From SAR202 cluster bacterium (GTDB taxonomy: Bacteria > Chloroflexota > Dehalococcoidia > Lucifugimonadales > VGZR01): 64,000 bases of DNA. The DNA is taken from the NCBI GenBank assembly GCA_016872515.1, contig VGZR01000003.1, positions 20,655 through 84,654 of the forward strand, in the 5' to 3' direction. A program made the translations under genes and the position numbers. The notes below the pieces were generated by a model. It was not told where the DNA came from, ran no database searches, and was given only the letters and a program-made list of their open reading frames with translations. Positions 37,885-47,821 of this stretch are shown piece after piece; position 1 is the first letter of the stretch; every line of letters starts with the position of its first letter.

Positions 37885-39243
37885 CTACTGCTTGAATTGA
37901 GCTACCCATGCGTCGGGCGGCGCTGCGGGAGCCACAGCGGTGAGATGCCCCAGCCCCGCCACATAGATGTTCCCGTTGCTGTCCACCGTGATGTCGAAGG
38001 CGAAGTCGTCGGCGGCCGAGCCGAACTGGACGGTCCACAGTGCCTCTCCCTCAACGTCGAACTTGGCGGCAAAGGCGTCGAATCCACCCTTGTTGGCGTA
38101 ACGCCTGAAAGCACCGTCCGTCCGCCCTGCGACGTACACGTTGCCTTCGCCGTCCACTGCGACGCCTGAAGCCATGTCGCTTCCCGTCGTGCCGAACTGG
38201 ACGGTCTTGAGCAGTTGGCCCGCAGGGTCGAACACCAGCAGGAAGGCGTCGAGGAAGCCGCCGATACGCACCTGGCCTTCCCATATTCCCCTGGTCGAGC
38301 CTACGATGTAGAGGTTGCCGGCCTTGTCCAGCGCGGCGCTTATGGCCGCATCGCCTCCGATGGAGCCGTACTCGCGGCTCCACAACTCTGTGCCTGCCAC
38401 GTCGTACTTGCCGACGAACACGTCCCCGCTGCCGATGTGGTCGGTGCCTGGGAGTGGGCCGAGCGTGGAGCCGACGAGATAGACGTTGCCTTGCTTGTCC
38501 ACCACCACAGACGTGGCGCCGTTCCCCTCGTCTGAACCAAGCTGCTGCGTCCACGCGGATGAACCCGCAGCATCGAAGCGGCGGACGTAGTTGTCGGCCA
38601 GGCTGGCGTTCTCTTCGCCTGGGAAGGCGCCGGAAGTGCTGCCGCTGATGAAGACACTGCCCTCGTTGTCCACCGCCACGTCCTCCCCCCAGTCCAGTTC
38701 GTCGGTGCCGAACTGGCGAAGCCATACCTCTCCACCGTCGGCGGCATAGACCGCAACGAAGGCATCGCCTCCTCCGGCGTCAACCTGGCCGGGCACGACG
38801 CCCTCGACGCGCCCGGCGACGTACACGCGGCCATCTTCGTTCGCTGCAACGCCCTCCGTGGCATCCTCACCCTCGGTGCCGAACTGGACCGTCCACTGCT
38901 CCTCACCGGTCGGGCTGAACTTGCGGACGAAGGCGTCGTGGCCACCCCGGTTCGGCTCGCCGGTCAGGGCTCCGGTCGTCCAGCCTCCCACGATGACGTT
39001 GCCGGAGCCGTCCACGGCCACCGTCGAGGCGCCGTCATCACCTGGCGAGCCGAACGTCTGCGACCAGCCCATCGCTGGCGGCAGTTCGGTGCCGCTTGGC
39101 AACGAGGCCGTAGTGGAGCAGGCCGAGGGCAGCATCAGCGCGAAGGCGAGCACGACAGCCAGGAATCGTGGGATTTGGATGGGGAAATAGTACAAACTTA
39201 CCCTCGCACGTCGTCGGGTGATTATAGCGTGTACGTCGCCCAC
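37885..39243 (-). CDS. SBBP-repeat beta-propeller lipoprotein
   Basis: About seven repeats of VAVD.GNVYVAG.T.G..DAFV.K..W..QFG; lipobox-like LPSAC. Start uncertain. Confidence 0.8.
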   Translation of the reverse strand: MGDVHAIITRRRARVSLYYFPIQIPRFLAVVLAFALMLPSACSTTASLPSGTELPPAMGWSQTFGSPGDDGASTVAVDGSGNVIVGGWTTGALTGEPNRGGHDAFVRKFSPTGEEQWTVQFGTEGEDATEGVAANEDGRVYVAGRVEGVVPGQVDAGGGDAFVAVYAADGGEVWLRQFGTDELDWGEDVAVDNEGSVFISGSTSGAFPGEENASLADNYVRRFDAAGSSAWTQQLGSDEGNGATSVVVDKQGNVYLVGSTLGPLPGTDHIGSGDVFVGKYDVAGTELWSREYGSIGGDAAISAALDKAGNLYIVGSTRGIWEGQVRIGGFLDAFLLVFDPAGQLLKTVQFGTTGSDMASGVAVDGEGNVYVAGRTDGAFRRYANKGGFDAFAAKFDVEGEALWTVQFGSAADDFAFDITVDSNGNIYVAGLGHLTAVAPAAPPDAWVAQFKQ

Positions 39244-39342
39244 AGCCTCGCCCGGTCATCCGTGCGTTGCGGCGCGGTGCGGTTCCGAATACAATCTGGC
39301 TGGCCGCAGCGGATGCGAGCGATGCCGGAGGTGGTCTGTGAA

Positions 39343-40266
39343 ATGGAGATGACGACCCTAGGGAAGACGGGGTTGAAGGTGAGCCGCCTGGGTGTCGGCC
39401 TAGTGGAGATAGGCTTCCAGCTGACCGGAGACAAGGTCCAACAGGCCGGACACATCCTGAATGCGGCCCTGGACGGAGGTATCAACTTCCTGGACACCGC
39501 TGAGTGCTACGGCGTCAGCGAGGAGCTTATCGGGCAGACGGTGGCTCACCGCCGCCACGAGTTCGTCTTGGCCACCAAGACGGGCCACGCCGCAGGCGAT
39601 TACACCGGAAAGCCCTGGACCGCTGACGCTGTTCGGCACTCTATCGAGCGGAGCCTGCGCCGCATGAAGACCGACTATCTCGACATTGTGCAGCTTCATG
39701 CCTACGACGTCTTCGGGCTGGCGCCCGGCGACGTCATCCAGGCTGCGCTGGAAGCCAAGCGCGCGGGCAAGGTGCGTTTCGTGGGCTACAGCCAGGAGAA
39801 CGCCGAGGCGCTGTGGGCCGTCGAGTCGGGCCTGTTCGACACCCTTCAGACCGCATTCAGCATCGTGGACCAGAAGGCCCGGTACGAGATTTTCCCCAAG
39901 GCGATGGCCAGGGGCATGGGGATCATAGGAAAGCGGCCCATCGCCAACGCCATGTGGGGCCGCCCTATGGCGCCGAAGGACTACTACGGCGGCGACGGAG
40001 TGGCCGAGCAGTATGCCGCGCGTTCGGCCCTCATGCTGGCCGACAGCCCCATACCCGGCGCGCCGCCCAACAACGTCTTGACCTCGTTGGGCTTCGTCCT
40101 GGGTCATCCAGAGGTGCACACCTCCATCGTCGGCACCCGCAACGCGGAGCACATGAAGTCGAACGTCGAGATGGTGAACACCCAGCTTCCCCTGCCCAAA
40201 GAGACTATCGAGGAGCTTCACCGGCGCTACGACAACGTAGGCCGCCACTGGCGCAGCATCGACTAG
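39343..40266 (+). CDS. Aldo/keto reductase
   Basis: LGKTGLKVSRLG.G, FLDTAECYG.SE, LATK, SLRRMKTDYLD..QLH. Start at ATG 39343. Confidence 0.92.
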   Translation: MEMTTLGKTGLKVSRLGVGLVEIGFQLTGDKVQQAGHILNAALDGGINFLDTAECYGVSEELIGQTVAHRRHEFVLATKTGHAAGDYTGKPWTADAVRHSIERSLRRMKTDYLDIVQLHAYDVFGLAPGDVIQAALEAKRAGKVRFVGYSQENAEALWAVESGLFDTLQTAFSIVDQKARYEIFPKAMARGMGIIGKRPIANAMWGRPMAPKDYYGGDGVAEQYAARSALMLADSPIPGAPPNNVLTSLGFVLGHPEVHTSIVGTRNAEHMKSNVEMVNTQLPLPKETIEELHRRYDNVGRHWRSID

Positions 40267-40359
40267 AGCCATCCGGGTCATCGGAGCCGCGTGCTACGAT
40301 GGATGGCGGTTGGCCCAGCGGCAGCCCAGAATCTATCTAGCTTGAAGCATGGAGTGAGC

Positions 40360-42633
40360 ATGGCTACCAAGACCGAAGCACCAGCGAAGAAGTACAAGGT
40401 GGTGGGCACACGCCCCGCCAGGCACGACGGGTTGGATAAGGTCACAGGCCGGGCCAAGTACGGCGCCGACATCTTTCTTCCGGGACTGCTCCACGGCAAG
40501 GTGCTCCGCAGCCCCCACGCTCACGCCGTCATCAAGTCCATAGACACGTCGAAGGCCGAGGCGCATCCCGAGGTACGTGCCGTGGTCACCGCCGCCGACC
40601 TTGTGCCGGGCGTGCGTGTCGGCAGCAGGCAGTACCTCGGCCAGAACTGGACCGAGAACGTCATCGCCCGTGGCAAAGTGCTCTACAAAGGCCATGCCGT
40701 CGCCGCCGTCGCGGCCACCAACCTCCATGACGCAGAGGAGGCCCTGGCTCTCATCAAGGTCGAGTACCAGCCGTTGCCCGGCGTCTTCACCGCAGAGGAG
40801 GCCACGAAGCCCGGCGCGCCTGCCTTGCACCCAGACATGATCCAGGTCGGAATGCTCCCCGACGACGAGGCGCTGGGGCCGAACCTGTCCGTCCACGAGC
40901 GGTACAAGCTCGGCGACATGGAGAAGGGCTTCAAGGAAGCCGACCTCGTTGTCAAACGCGAGTTCCGCACCAAATCTGTGCACCAGGGCTACATCGAGCT
41001 CCAGAACGGCACCGCATGGTGGACGCCCGACGGCGTCACCATCTGGTGCAGCAGCCAGGGTCACTTCGGCATCCGCGACCAGGTTGCCCGTATGACGGGC
41101 CTGCCTCTGTCCAAGATTAAGGTCATCCCGATGGAGATTGGCGGCGGCTTCGGCGGCAAGCTGCCCGTCTACCTCGAACCGCTGGCAGCTGTTCTTTCTA
41201 AGAAGAGCGGCCGGCCCGTAAAGATGACGATGTCCCGCGCCGAGGTGATGGAGGCCACAGGCCCCACGTCCGGCAGCCTCATGCGCATCAAGATGGGCGC
41301 GAAGAAGGACGGTCGCATGACCGCCGCCCACGCCTGGTTCCTCTTCGAGGCGGGGGCGTTCCCCGGCGCGCCCATCACCGCGGCAGCGGCGGCGGTGTTC
41401 GCGCCATACAAGCTCGACAACGTGCAGGTTGACGCCTACGACGTGGTGGGCAACAAGCCCAAGGCCGCGCCGTACCGCGCGCCCGGCGCGCCCATCGTCG
41501 CCTTCGCCGCCGAGCAGGTGGTGGACGAACTCGCCGTGAAGCTGGGTATGGACCCCATGGACCTGCGCATCAAGAATGCCCCCGTGGAGGGCGACCGGCG
41601 CGCCGACGGCGTGGTGAACGGGCGCATCGGCGCCCTGGAGACGATGCAGGCGGTGAAGGCGCACCCGCACTACAAGGCGAAACTGGCGAAGAACGGGAGG
41701 AACGGCAGGGTGCGCGGGCGCGGCGTCGGGATGGGCTTTTGCCGCAATAACTCCGGCCCCGCCTGCGTGACGGCCAACGTCATGGCCGACGGCACCGTGA
41801 GCCTGGTCGAGGGCTCGGTGGACATCGGCGGCTCCCGTACCGCGGTGGCCCAGATGTTCGCCGAGGTGCTGGGCCTGCCCGTGGAGAGCGTTAACCCCTC
41901 CATCGGCGACACCGACGCCATCGGCTTCACGTCCATCACGGGTGGTAGCGGCGTCGCGTACAAGTCCGGCTGGGCCGCCTACGAGGCCGCCAATGACGTC
42001 AGGCGGCAGATGGTTGCCCGAGCGGCCCGTGTCTGGGAGAAGCCCGAGGCCGAAGTGGAGTACGCCAACGGCACGCTCCAACACAAGTCCGACCCGGAGT
42101 TGCGCATGACCTTCAAGGAGCTGGCGGCGATGCTCAACGACACCGGCGGTCCCATCGTCGGACGGGCCAACATGAACCCCGGCGGCTCCACCGGCTCCTA
42201 CTCCGCCAACATCGTGGATGTGGAAGTGGACACCGAGACCGGGAAGGTGGACGTGCTGCGCGTCACGGCCTTCCAAGACGTCGGATTCGCCGTCCACCCC
42301 AGCTATGTCGAGGGCCAGATTCAGGGCGGAACGGCCCAAGGCATCGGCTGGGCGCTCAACGAGGAGTACTTCCTGGCCGACGATGGCAGGATGCTGAACT
42401 CGTCGCTCCTAGACTATCGCATGCCTACCGCGGTCGACCTGCCGATGATCGAGGCGGCGCTAGTGGAGGTGCCAAACCCCAAACATCCCTTCGGCGTCAA
42501 GGGCGTCGGGGAAGCCAACCTCTCGGCACCTCTGGCTGCAGTCGCCAACGCCATCCACGACGCCACGGGCGTCCGCCTGCGCGGGCTTCCCATGAACCCG
42601 GCCGCCGTCCTCAAGGCGCTGAAAGAGCGGTAG
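40360..42633 (+). CDS. Xanthine dehydrogenase family molybdopterin-binding large subunit
   Basis: KVTG.AKY, GGGFGGK, YRAPG, EGQIQGG..QGIG, KGVGE. Start at ATG 40360. Confidence 0.92.
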   Translation: MATKTEAPAKKYKVVGTRPARHDGLDKVTGRAKYGADIFLPGLLHGKVLRSPHAHAVIKSIDTSKAEAHPEVRAVVTAADLVPGVRVGSRQYLGQNWTENVIARGKVLYKGHAVAAVAATNLHDAEEALALIKVEYQPLPGVFTAEEATKPGAPALHPDMIQVGMLPDDEALGPNLSVHERYKLGDMEKGFKEADLVVKREFRTKSVHQGYIELQNGTAWWTPDGVTIWCSSQGHFGIRDQVARMTGLPLSKIKVIPMEIGGGFGGKLPVYLEPLAAVLSKKSGRPVKMTMSRAEVMEATGPTSGSLMRIKMGAKKDGRMTAAHAWFLFEAGAFPGAPITAAAAAVFAPYKLDNVQVDAYDVVGNKPKAAPYRAPGAPIVAFAAEQVVDELAVKLGMDPMDLRIKNAPVEGDRRADGVVNGRIGALETMQAVKAHPHYKAKLAKNGRNGRVRGRGVGMGFCRNNSGPACVTANVMADGTVSLVEGSVDIGGSRTAVAQMFAEVLGLPVESVNPSIGDTDAIGFTSITGGSGVAYKSGWAAYEAANDVRRQMVARAARVWEKPEAEVEYANGTLQHKSDPELRMTFKELAAMLNDTGGPIVGRANMNPGGSTGSYSANIVDVEVDTETGKVDVLRVTAFQDVGFAVHPSYVEGQIQGGTAQGIGWALNEEYFLADDGRMLNSSLLDYRMPTAVDLPMIEAALVEVPNPKHPFGVKGVGEANLSAPLAAVANAIHDATGVRLRGLPMNPAAVLKALKER

Positions 42634-42780
42634 CCACAAGTCCAAACCAGCCGCTCACCAGAACTTAACTCGTGCTCGATTGCTGATACTGCGTTGTTCC
42701 ATATGGCGTGCGGCGAAGCAGGCTAACGTTTCGGTTCCGCGTGTTTTCCGAGCTTTACTCTCTCCAGAGGGACACCGCAT

Positions 42781-43170
42781 TCACTCTGATCTCTCTAACC
42801 GGCCTTTTCGAGGGATGAGGTTTTTGTAGTCCCACTGGACTTCTCTCGCCTCAACTAACCAGCGCCCAAGCCTGTCCGTGTCAACTTGTTCGACGGCAGT
42901 GTATCGCGCTTCAGCGGCTTTGAAAGTCCCTTCCTTTTACAGTCCCTTCTCCTTGAAGGACTGACCACTCCAGAAGAGTAGGCGTACGCAATCCTTGAGC
43001 TTGCTGTACCCGACGATAGGATTCCCCTCGAGAAACCATACCGGATGGGCGTGCCATATCTTGTTCTCAGACCCAGGAAGCTTGTGGTCAATCTGCTCTG
43101 CAAGAAGCCGGCAAATCGCCCGATTGCTCGGCACCTGCGCGTTATTGTAGGCCTTCGTGTCCGAGTGCAT
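42781..43170 (-). pseudogene. DUF1801 (YdhG-like) protein with a premature stop
   Basis: KIWHAHPVWF..NPIVGYS..LLFWSGQSF; in-frame TAA at 42937-42939, after which the same frame continues KEGTFKAAEARY..QWDYKNLI to TGA at 42781. Confidence 0.75.
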
Positions 43171-43232
43171 TACGACCTCCACATTCCCGTGTAAGGGAGA
43201 CTTCTCTAAGTAAGGAAGCTCCCGTGCCGTCC

Positions 43233-44165
43233 CTATCGCGCGCCCCAGCCGCCGTCCATGAGGAGGGCGTGGCCGTTGACGTAGGAGGCGGCATCGGAGC
43301 AGAGCCAGGCGGCCGCCTCGGCGACCTCCTCCGGCGTGGCGATACGGCCCGCGGGGTGCATGTCGCCGATGACCTGGTCGGCCTCGGCTTGGGGCTTAGT
43401 CAGGCCGTACAGCCGGTAGTGCATGGGCGTCCTGATGCTGCCGGGGCAGACGGAGTTGATGCGGATGCCCTTATCCGCGTACTCCAGTGCCGCCGACTTC
43501 GTGAGGCCGACGACGGCGTGACGCGTGGCGACGTACGCGGGCAGGCCCGCGCCGCCAAAAATGCCGTTCCCCGAAGACATGTTCACGATGGCATAGCCTG
43601 TTGTGTGCTCTGATGGTGATGGACGGGGGGACCGAGATACTTCCTCCCCATTGAGGGGGGAGGATTGAGGTGGGGGTGAAGTCTCACCCCCATCCTTCAC
43701 CTTCCCCCCTCGAGGGGGAAGGGAGTAGGTGCCCTCCACACGGCCTAGCGCCACCAGAGGGCTGCCTTGCTTGAGCATCTGGGCTATCTCGTACTTCAGG
43801 CAGAGCCAGACGCCCTTGAGGTTCACGGCCATCGTCTGGTTCCAGTTCTCGAACGCGCACTCGGCGGTGCGGCCCACCACGCCCTCGATGCCCGCGTTGT
43901 TGAAGGCGTAGTCCAGCCGCCCGAACCGGGCCACTGCCGCCTCCACCATCGCCCGCACCTGTGCCGCGTCGGACACGTCGGCCTGGACGAAGATGGCCTC
44001 ACCGCCAGCCTCGCAGACGGCCTGGGCGGCAGCCTCGCCCTCCTTGACCCGCCGCGCCGCCAGCACGACTTTGGCACCACGTTTGGCGAACACCAGGCCG
44101 ACCGCGGCCCCGACGCCGGAGCTGCCGCCCGTGATGAGCGCCACCTTGCCCTCCATGTCCTTCAT
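43233..44165 (-). CDS. Short-chain dehydrogenase/reductase carrying a 55-aa in-frame insertion
   Basis: TGGSSGVG, FNNAG, MDGG; catalytic motif reads YVATR; insert lies between MLKQG and GYAIVNMSS. Confidence 0.85.
   Translation of the reverse strand: MKDMEGKVALITGGSSGVGAAVGLVFAKRGAKVVLAARRVKEGEAAAQAVCEAGGEAIFVQADVSDAAQVRAMVEAAVARFGRLDYAFNNAGIEGVVGRTAECAFENWNQTMAVNLKGVWLCLKYEIAQMLKQGSPLVALGRVEGTYSLPPRGGKVKDGGETSPPPQSSPLNGEEVSRSPRPSPSEHTTGYAIVNMSSGNGIFGGAGLPAYVATRHAVVGLTKSAALEYADKGIRINSVCPGSIRTPMHYRLYGLTKPQAEADQVIGDMHPAGRIATPEEVAEAAAWLCSDAASYVNGHALLMDGGWGAR
43599..43763. repeat. Paired REP-like palindromic element (family B) inside an SDR coding sequence
   Basis: Core CCTCCCCATTGAGGGGGGAGGATTGAGGTGGGGGTGAA..TCACCCCCATCCTTCACCTTCCCCCCTCGAGGGGGAAGGGAGT matches the intergenic copy at 55365-55470. 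Confidence 0.8.
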
Positions 44166-44232
44166 GGCAGAGAAAGCGTACAGCGTCCGGGGGTCACGGT
44201 CTAGGGTTCGGTGAGGTGGGGACTGGACGGTA

Positions 44233-44341
44233 ACTCCCTTCCCCCTCTGAGGGGGGAAGGCGCAGGATGGGGGTGATATGTGGCTCCCGAGGGGTGCTGT
44301 ACCCCCACCTCAGTCCTCCCTCCCCCTCAAAGGGGTGGAAG
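44233..44341. repeat. Paired REP-like element (family B), opposite orientation
   Basis: ACTCCCTTCCCCCTCTGAGGGGGGAAGGCGCAGGATGGGGGTGA..ACCCCCACCTCAGTCCTCCC, the reverse complement of the 43.6-kb and 55.4-kb copies. Confidence 0.7.
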
Positions 44342-44466
44342 AAAGATGCCCACGCCCCGTCCCGACCGCCTACGCCACGTCGCGCCGTTGACTCACCTAT
44401 GGGCCGTTGTTACACTCCGGAACGCCGCTCCGGTGACGTCGGGGCGAGTCTTGTTTTCGGGAGGGC

Positions 44467-45570
44467 ATGATGCCCCCATCGGACATGGCCGGGAAGGTAC
44501 AGACCGTCCTCGGCCCCATCGAGCCGCAATCGCTCGGTGTCACCATGACCCACGAGCACCTGCTCATAGACCTGATGAGCTACTTCACCATGCCGGAAGA
44601 GGCCAGCACGCGCTGGTACGCTGACCGGCCCATCACCATGGACATCCTGGGCAAGATAGGGCAGGTCTGGTACATCAACAAAGCCAACCTCCAGCAGTAC
44701 GACCTCTCGTTCGCCATCGAGGAGGTGCTGCAGTACAAGTATGCGGGCGGCAATGCCATCGTGGACACCACCAGCGTTGGCCTGGCCCGCGACCCCCTAG
44801 CCCTGGCCCGCATCGCCCGCGCCACTGGCCTCAACGTCGTCATGGGCGGCAGCTACTACATCCCCATCTCTTATCCCGCGGGGATGGAGAAGAAGACCGA
44901 GACACAGATCGCGGACGAGATTATCAGCGACATCACCGTGGGCGTCGGCGACACGGGTGTGAAGACCGGCGTCATCGGCGAGGTGGGCTGCATGTACCCT
45001 CTGAGCGAGACCGAGAAGCGCGTCCTGCGCGGCTCCGCCTACGCCTCCATCGAGACCGGCTGCCCCATCACCATCCACCCCGGCTTCCACAACGACTCGC
45101 CTCACGAGATCCTCGAGGTCCTCACGGAGGCGGGCGCCGACCCGAAGAACATCATCATGGGCCACATCGGCCCGACCGTGCGCGACCTCGCCATCCTCAA
45201 GGACCTAGCCCAGAGCGGCTGCTACATCCAGCACGACCTGTTCGGCTTCGAACTCAGCGACCTGGAGTACATGGGCGAAGTGGGCGTGTCCATCAGCGAC
45301 GTGCAGCGCATGGAGCGGCTGGAGTTCCTGATAGACGGCGGCTTCCTCGGCCAGCTCCTGGTGGGCCAGGACGTTTGCCAGCTGTGGCAGTACCGGCGCT
45401 ACGGCGGCAAGGGGTACGCGCACATCCTCGAGAACATCGTCCCCCGGATGCGCAAGCGCGGCTTCACCGAGCAGCAGGTCCACGCCATCCTCGTGGACAA
45501 CCCCGCCCGCGCTCTCGCCTTCAAGCCCGCGAAGGCCACCAGGAAGTCCGCGAAAGGCCGGAAAGGGTAG
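44467..45570 (+). CDS. Phosphotriesterase-related protein (PHP-type amidohydrolase)
   Basis: VQTVLGPI, THEHL, GVIGEVG, IHPG, MGH, GQD, NPAR. Confidence 0.9.
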   Translation: MMPPSDMAGKVQTVLGPIEPQSLGVTMTHEHLLIDLMSYFTMPEEASTRWYADRPITMDILGKIGQVWYINKANLQQYDLSFAIEEVLQYKYAGGNAIVDTTSVGLARDPLALARIARATGLNVVMGGSYYIPISYPAGMEKKTETQIADEIISDITVGVGDTGVKTGVIGEVGCMYPLSETEKRVLRGSAYASIETGCPITIHPGFHNDSPHEILEVLTEAGADPKNIIMGHIGPTVRDLAILKDLAQSGCYIQHDLFGFELSDLEYMGEVGVSISDVQRMERLEFLIDGGFLGQLLVGQDVCQLWQYRRYGGKGYAHILENIVPRMRKRGFTEQQVHAILVDNPARALAFKPAKATRKSAKGRKG

Positions 45571-45580
45571 GGGACGGCGA

Positions 45581-45643
45581 CCCCTTGCCCCATCGGGGAG
45601 AGGGCCTTGGAGCCAACCCAGTTGCACCAAGGGGTGAGGGTGG
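45581..45643 (+). repeat. REP-like repeat with internal hairpin (family A)
   Basis: CCCCTTGCCCC-atc-GGGGAGAGGG, hairpin CCTTGG..CCAAGG, then GGTGAGGG. Confidence 0.55.
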
Positions 45644-45681
45644 AGCACCGTCAACCTGACGTGCTAGGATAGTGTCTGCGA

Positions 45682-45756
45682 GCCAACGTAGCTCAGTGGT
45701 AGAGCAGCGGTTTCGTAAACCGCAGGTCGTGGGTTCAAATCCCCCCGTTGGCTCCA
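45682..45756 (+). tRNA. tRNA-Thr (anticodon CGT)
   Basis: Acceptor stem GCCAACG/CGTTGGC, D-arm GCTC-AGTGGTA-GAGC, anticodon arm GCGGT-TTCGTAA-ACCGC, T-loop TTCAAAT, encoded CCA. Confidence 0.97.
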
Positions 45757-45786
45757 CGTTTTTCAAACGAGGCCACGCAGCCGTCG

Positions 45787-46092
45787 CTAGCCCTGGTACC
45801 GCTGGGCGATGTACCTATCGTCCAGCTTCCACCACTCCTCGAACAGCAGGACCGAGATCACGTAGTGGATGCCCAGCCCGATGCCCCAGAACACGAGGGG
45901 CATAATGAACCACAGTGTCCCATCGTCCTTGATGAAATAGACCAACGCGTTCCAGGCGCCTAGGAAGGCGTTGCCAAGGAGATACGCGAGGGCATGGAAA
46001 AGAAACGTCTTCCGCGCGCGGTACCGGCGGAGATCTTTCTTGGTGGCTATGTACGCCGCCAGCTTCTTGATGGTCTCATCGTCCAGCGGCAT
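45787..46092 (-). CDS. 2TM domain membrane protein
   Basis: F.FH..YL..N.FL and WF..P..WGIGL.IH pattern. Confidence 0.75.
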   Translation of the reverse strand: MPLDDETIKKLAAYIATKKDLRRYRARKTFLFHALAYLLGNAFLGAWNALVYFIKDDGTLWFIMPLVFWGIGLGIHYVISVLLFEEWWKLDDRYIAQRYQG

Positions 46093-46266
46093 GGAAGTTA
46101 TTTTCGCATAGCCGTGTAGGCAGTTCTATCACGCCAGGTCGCCTCGTGCGCTTGAACGAATGCCGTTGGTACGCACTGCCGTGCTTGCCATGCGGCAGCT
46201 TGGGTGGCAGAATATGGCTCGCCTGAAAGGCTTAGCGCGTAGTCCGTAGCCCAGGAGGCAGCCCGT

Positions 46267-47622
46267 TTGATGACCAAGGACGAGGTGGTGAAGAAGGCGA
46301 AGGAGCAGGGGGTCAAGCTCGTCTTTTTCCTCTACTGCGACAACGCCAACCTCATCCGCGGCAAGGCCGTCAACGCCACGCGGCTGGCGGGCCGCCTGGA
46401 GTCGGGCGTCGGCCTCACCGTTGCCCAGCAGGCCGCCGCCGACATGGAGGTCATGGCCAAGATCCCTGGCATGAGCGCCGCGGGCGAGGCCCGCATCATG
46501 CCCGACCCATCCACCTACGTCCAGATGCCCTGGGCGCCCTCGCGCGGGATGGTCATCGGCGACCTCGCGCAGCTCGACGGCACCGAGTGGGCCTGCCCGC
46601 GCACGTTTCTCAAGCGCATGGTGGCCAGGGCCGAGCAGGCCGGGCTGCGCATCATGATCGGCCTGGAGCCCGAGTGGTACGTGGCCCGGCTGGAGGACGG
46701 CAAGTACGTTCCCCTGGAGCACAGCCAGTCCTTCCACATGCTGGGCACCAACTTCTACATCCCCTTCATCGACGAGGTCATTGCCACGCTGGAGCAGATG
46801 GGGATGCAGGTCGAGACCTACTACACCGAGACGGGGCCGGGCCATCAGGAGATCGCGCTGCGCTACGGCGATGCCTTGCGGTCAGCGGACAACCACGTGT
46901 ACTACCGCGAGGCGGTGCGCGGGGTGGCGCTCAAGCATGGCCTGTATGCCTCGTTCACGCCCAAGCCATTCCCCGCCGAGGCGGGCGCGGGTTGCCACGT
47001 CCACCTCAGCGCGTGGGACAAAAAGGGCGAGCGCAACCTCTTCTACGCCTCCAAGAAACAGTACGCTTTGAGCGAGGTCGGCTGGCAGTTCCTGGCGGGC
47101 GTCATGGAGCACCTGCCCGGCCTCATGGCCCTGACCTGCCCCAGCGTCAACAGCTATCGCCGTATCGGCCTCGGCTCGTGGGCGGGCTCCCACCTTTGCT
47201 ACGGCCCCGATAATCGCGCGGCCGCCATCCGCATCCCGTCAACCTACCGTGGGAACGAGATGGGCAGCGCCAACATCGAGGTCAAGGTCACCGACAATAG
47301 CTCCAACCCCTACCTCGCCATCGGCGGCATCATCGCAGCGGGCCTGGACGGCATCGCGCGCGGGCTGAACCCCAAGCCGGGACAGAACCTCGACGCCGAC
47401 CCGATGGACGTGCCCGAAGCTGAGTTGGCGCGCCGGGGCATCGTCCGCCTGCCGATGGACGTGGCCGAAGCTGTCGAGGAGCTGGAGAAGGACACGTTCC
47501 TCACCGATGCCATGGGTCCGCTGCTCGCCGACTCCTACATCGCCGTGCGCAAGGCCGAGTGGGAGCACTTCGCTAAGCGCGACGATGCCTTCGAACTCGA
47601 GCGCCACTTCTATAAGTATTAA
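46267..47622 (+). CDS. Glutamine synthetase-like gamma-glutamyl ligase
   Basis: RGK, CPR..LKR, GLEPEW, ETGPGHQE, PKPF, GCHVHLS, NSYRR, NRAAAIRIP, NPYL; lacks the GSI DGSS motif. Confidence 0.88.
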   Translation: MMTKDEVVKKAKEQGVKLVFFLYCDNANLIRGKAVNATRLAGRLESGVGLTVAQQAAADMEVMAKIPGMSAAGEARIMPDPSTYVQMPWAPSRGMVIGDLAQLDGTEWACPRTFLKRMVARAEQAGLRIMIGLEPEWYVARLEDGKYVPLEHSQSFHMLGTNFYIPFIDEVIATLEQMGMQVETYYTETGPGHQEIALRYGDALRSADNHVYYREAVRGVALKHGLYASFTPKPFPAEAGAGCHVHLSAWDKKGERNLFYASKKQYALSEVGWQFLAGVMEHLPGLMALTCPSVNSYRRIGLGSWAGSHLCYGPDNRAAAIRIPSTYRGNEMGSANIEVKVTDNSSNPYLAIGGIIAAGLDGIARGLNPKPGQNLDADPMDVPEAELARRGIVRLPMDVAEAVEELEKDTFLTDAMGPLLADSYIAVRKAEWEHFAKRDDAFELERHFYKY

Positions 47623-47821
47623 CAGCATCAGGAGTTATGTCCGATAAGTTGGGTTACTCCTATCCGAGTCTGTACACTACTTGGGAACAGCGGATACCCT
47701 GGCATAGGCGCTCTTGGGGATAACTTTGGGTCCAGGGCCACGCCCTGGCTTTGGTAAACTCTTTGCTGGCGTCGTAGAATCTACCCGCTATTTTCTTGCG
47801 CGACCAAACCAAGGAGGAATC

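Noticed and set aside
40333-42339. 668-aa minus-strand ORF
   Set aside because: Antisense shadow of the Mo-hydroxylase subunit.
40360-42633. Aerobic CO dehydrogenase (CoxL form I)
   Set aside because: Lacks AYxCSFR, and no coxM/coxS genes are adjacent.
42640-42780. Possible integron attC site after the DUF1801 gene (GTTAGCC on the minus strand)
   Set aside because: No matching inverse core site or paired L boxes could be identified.
45682-45790. tRNA-Thr as an integration site for an island
   Set aside because: No integrase and no duplicated tRNA 3' end seen in the window.
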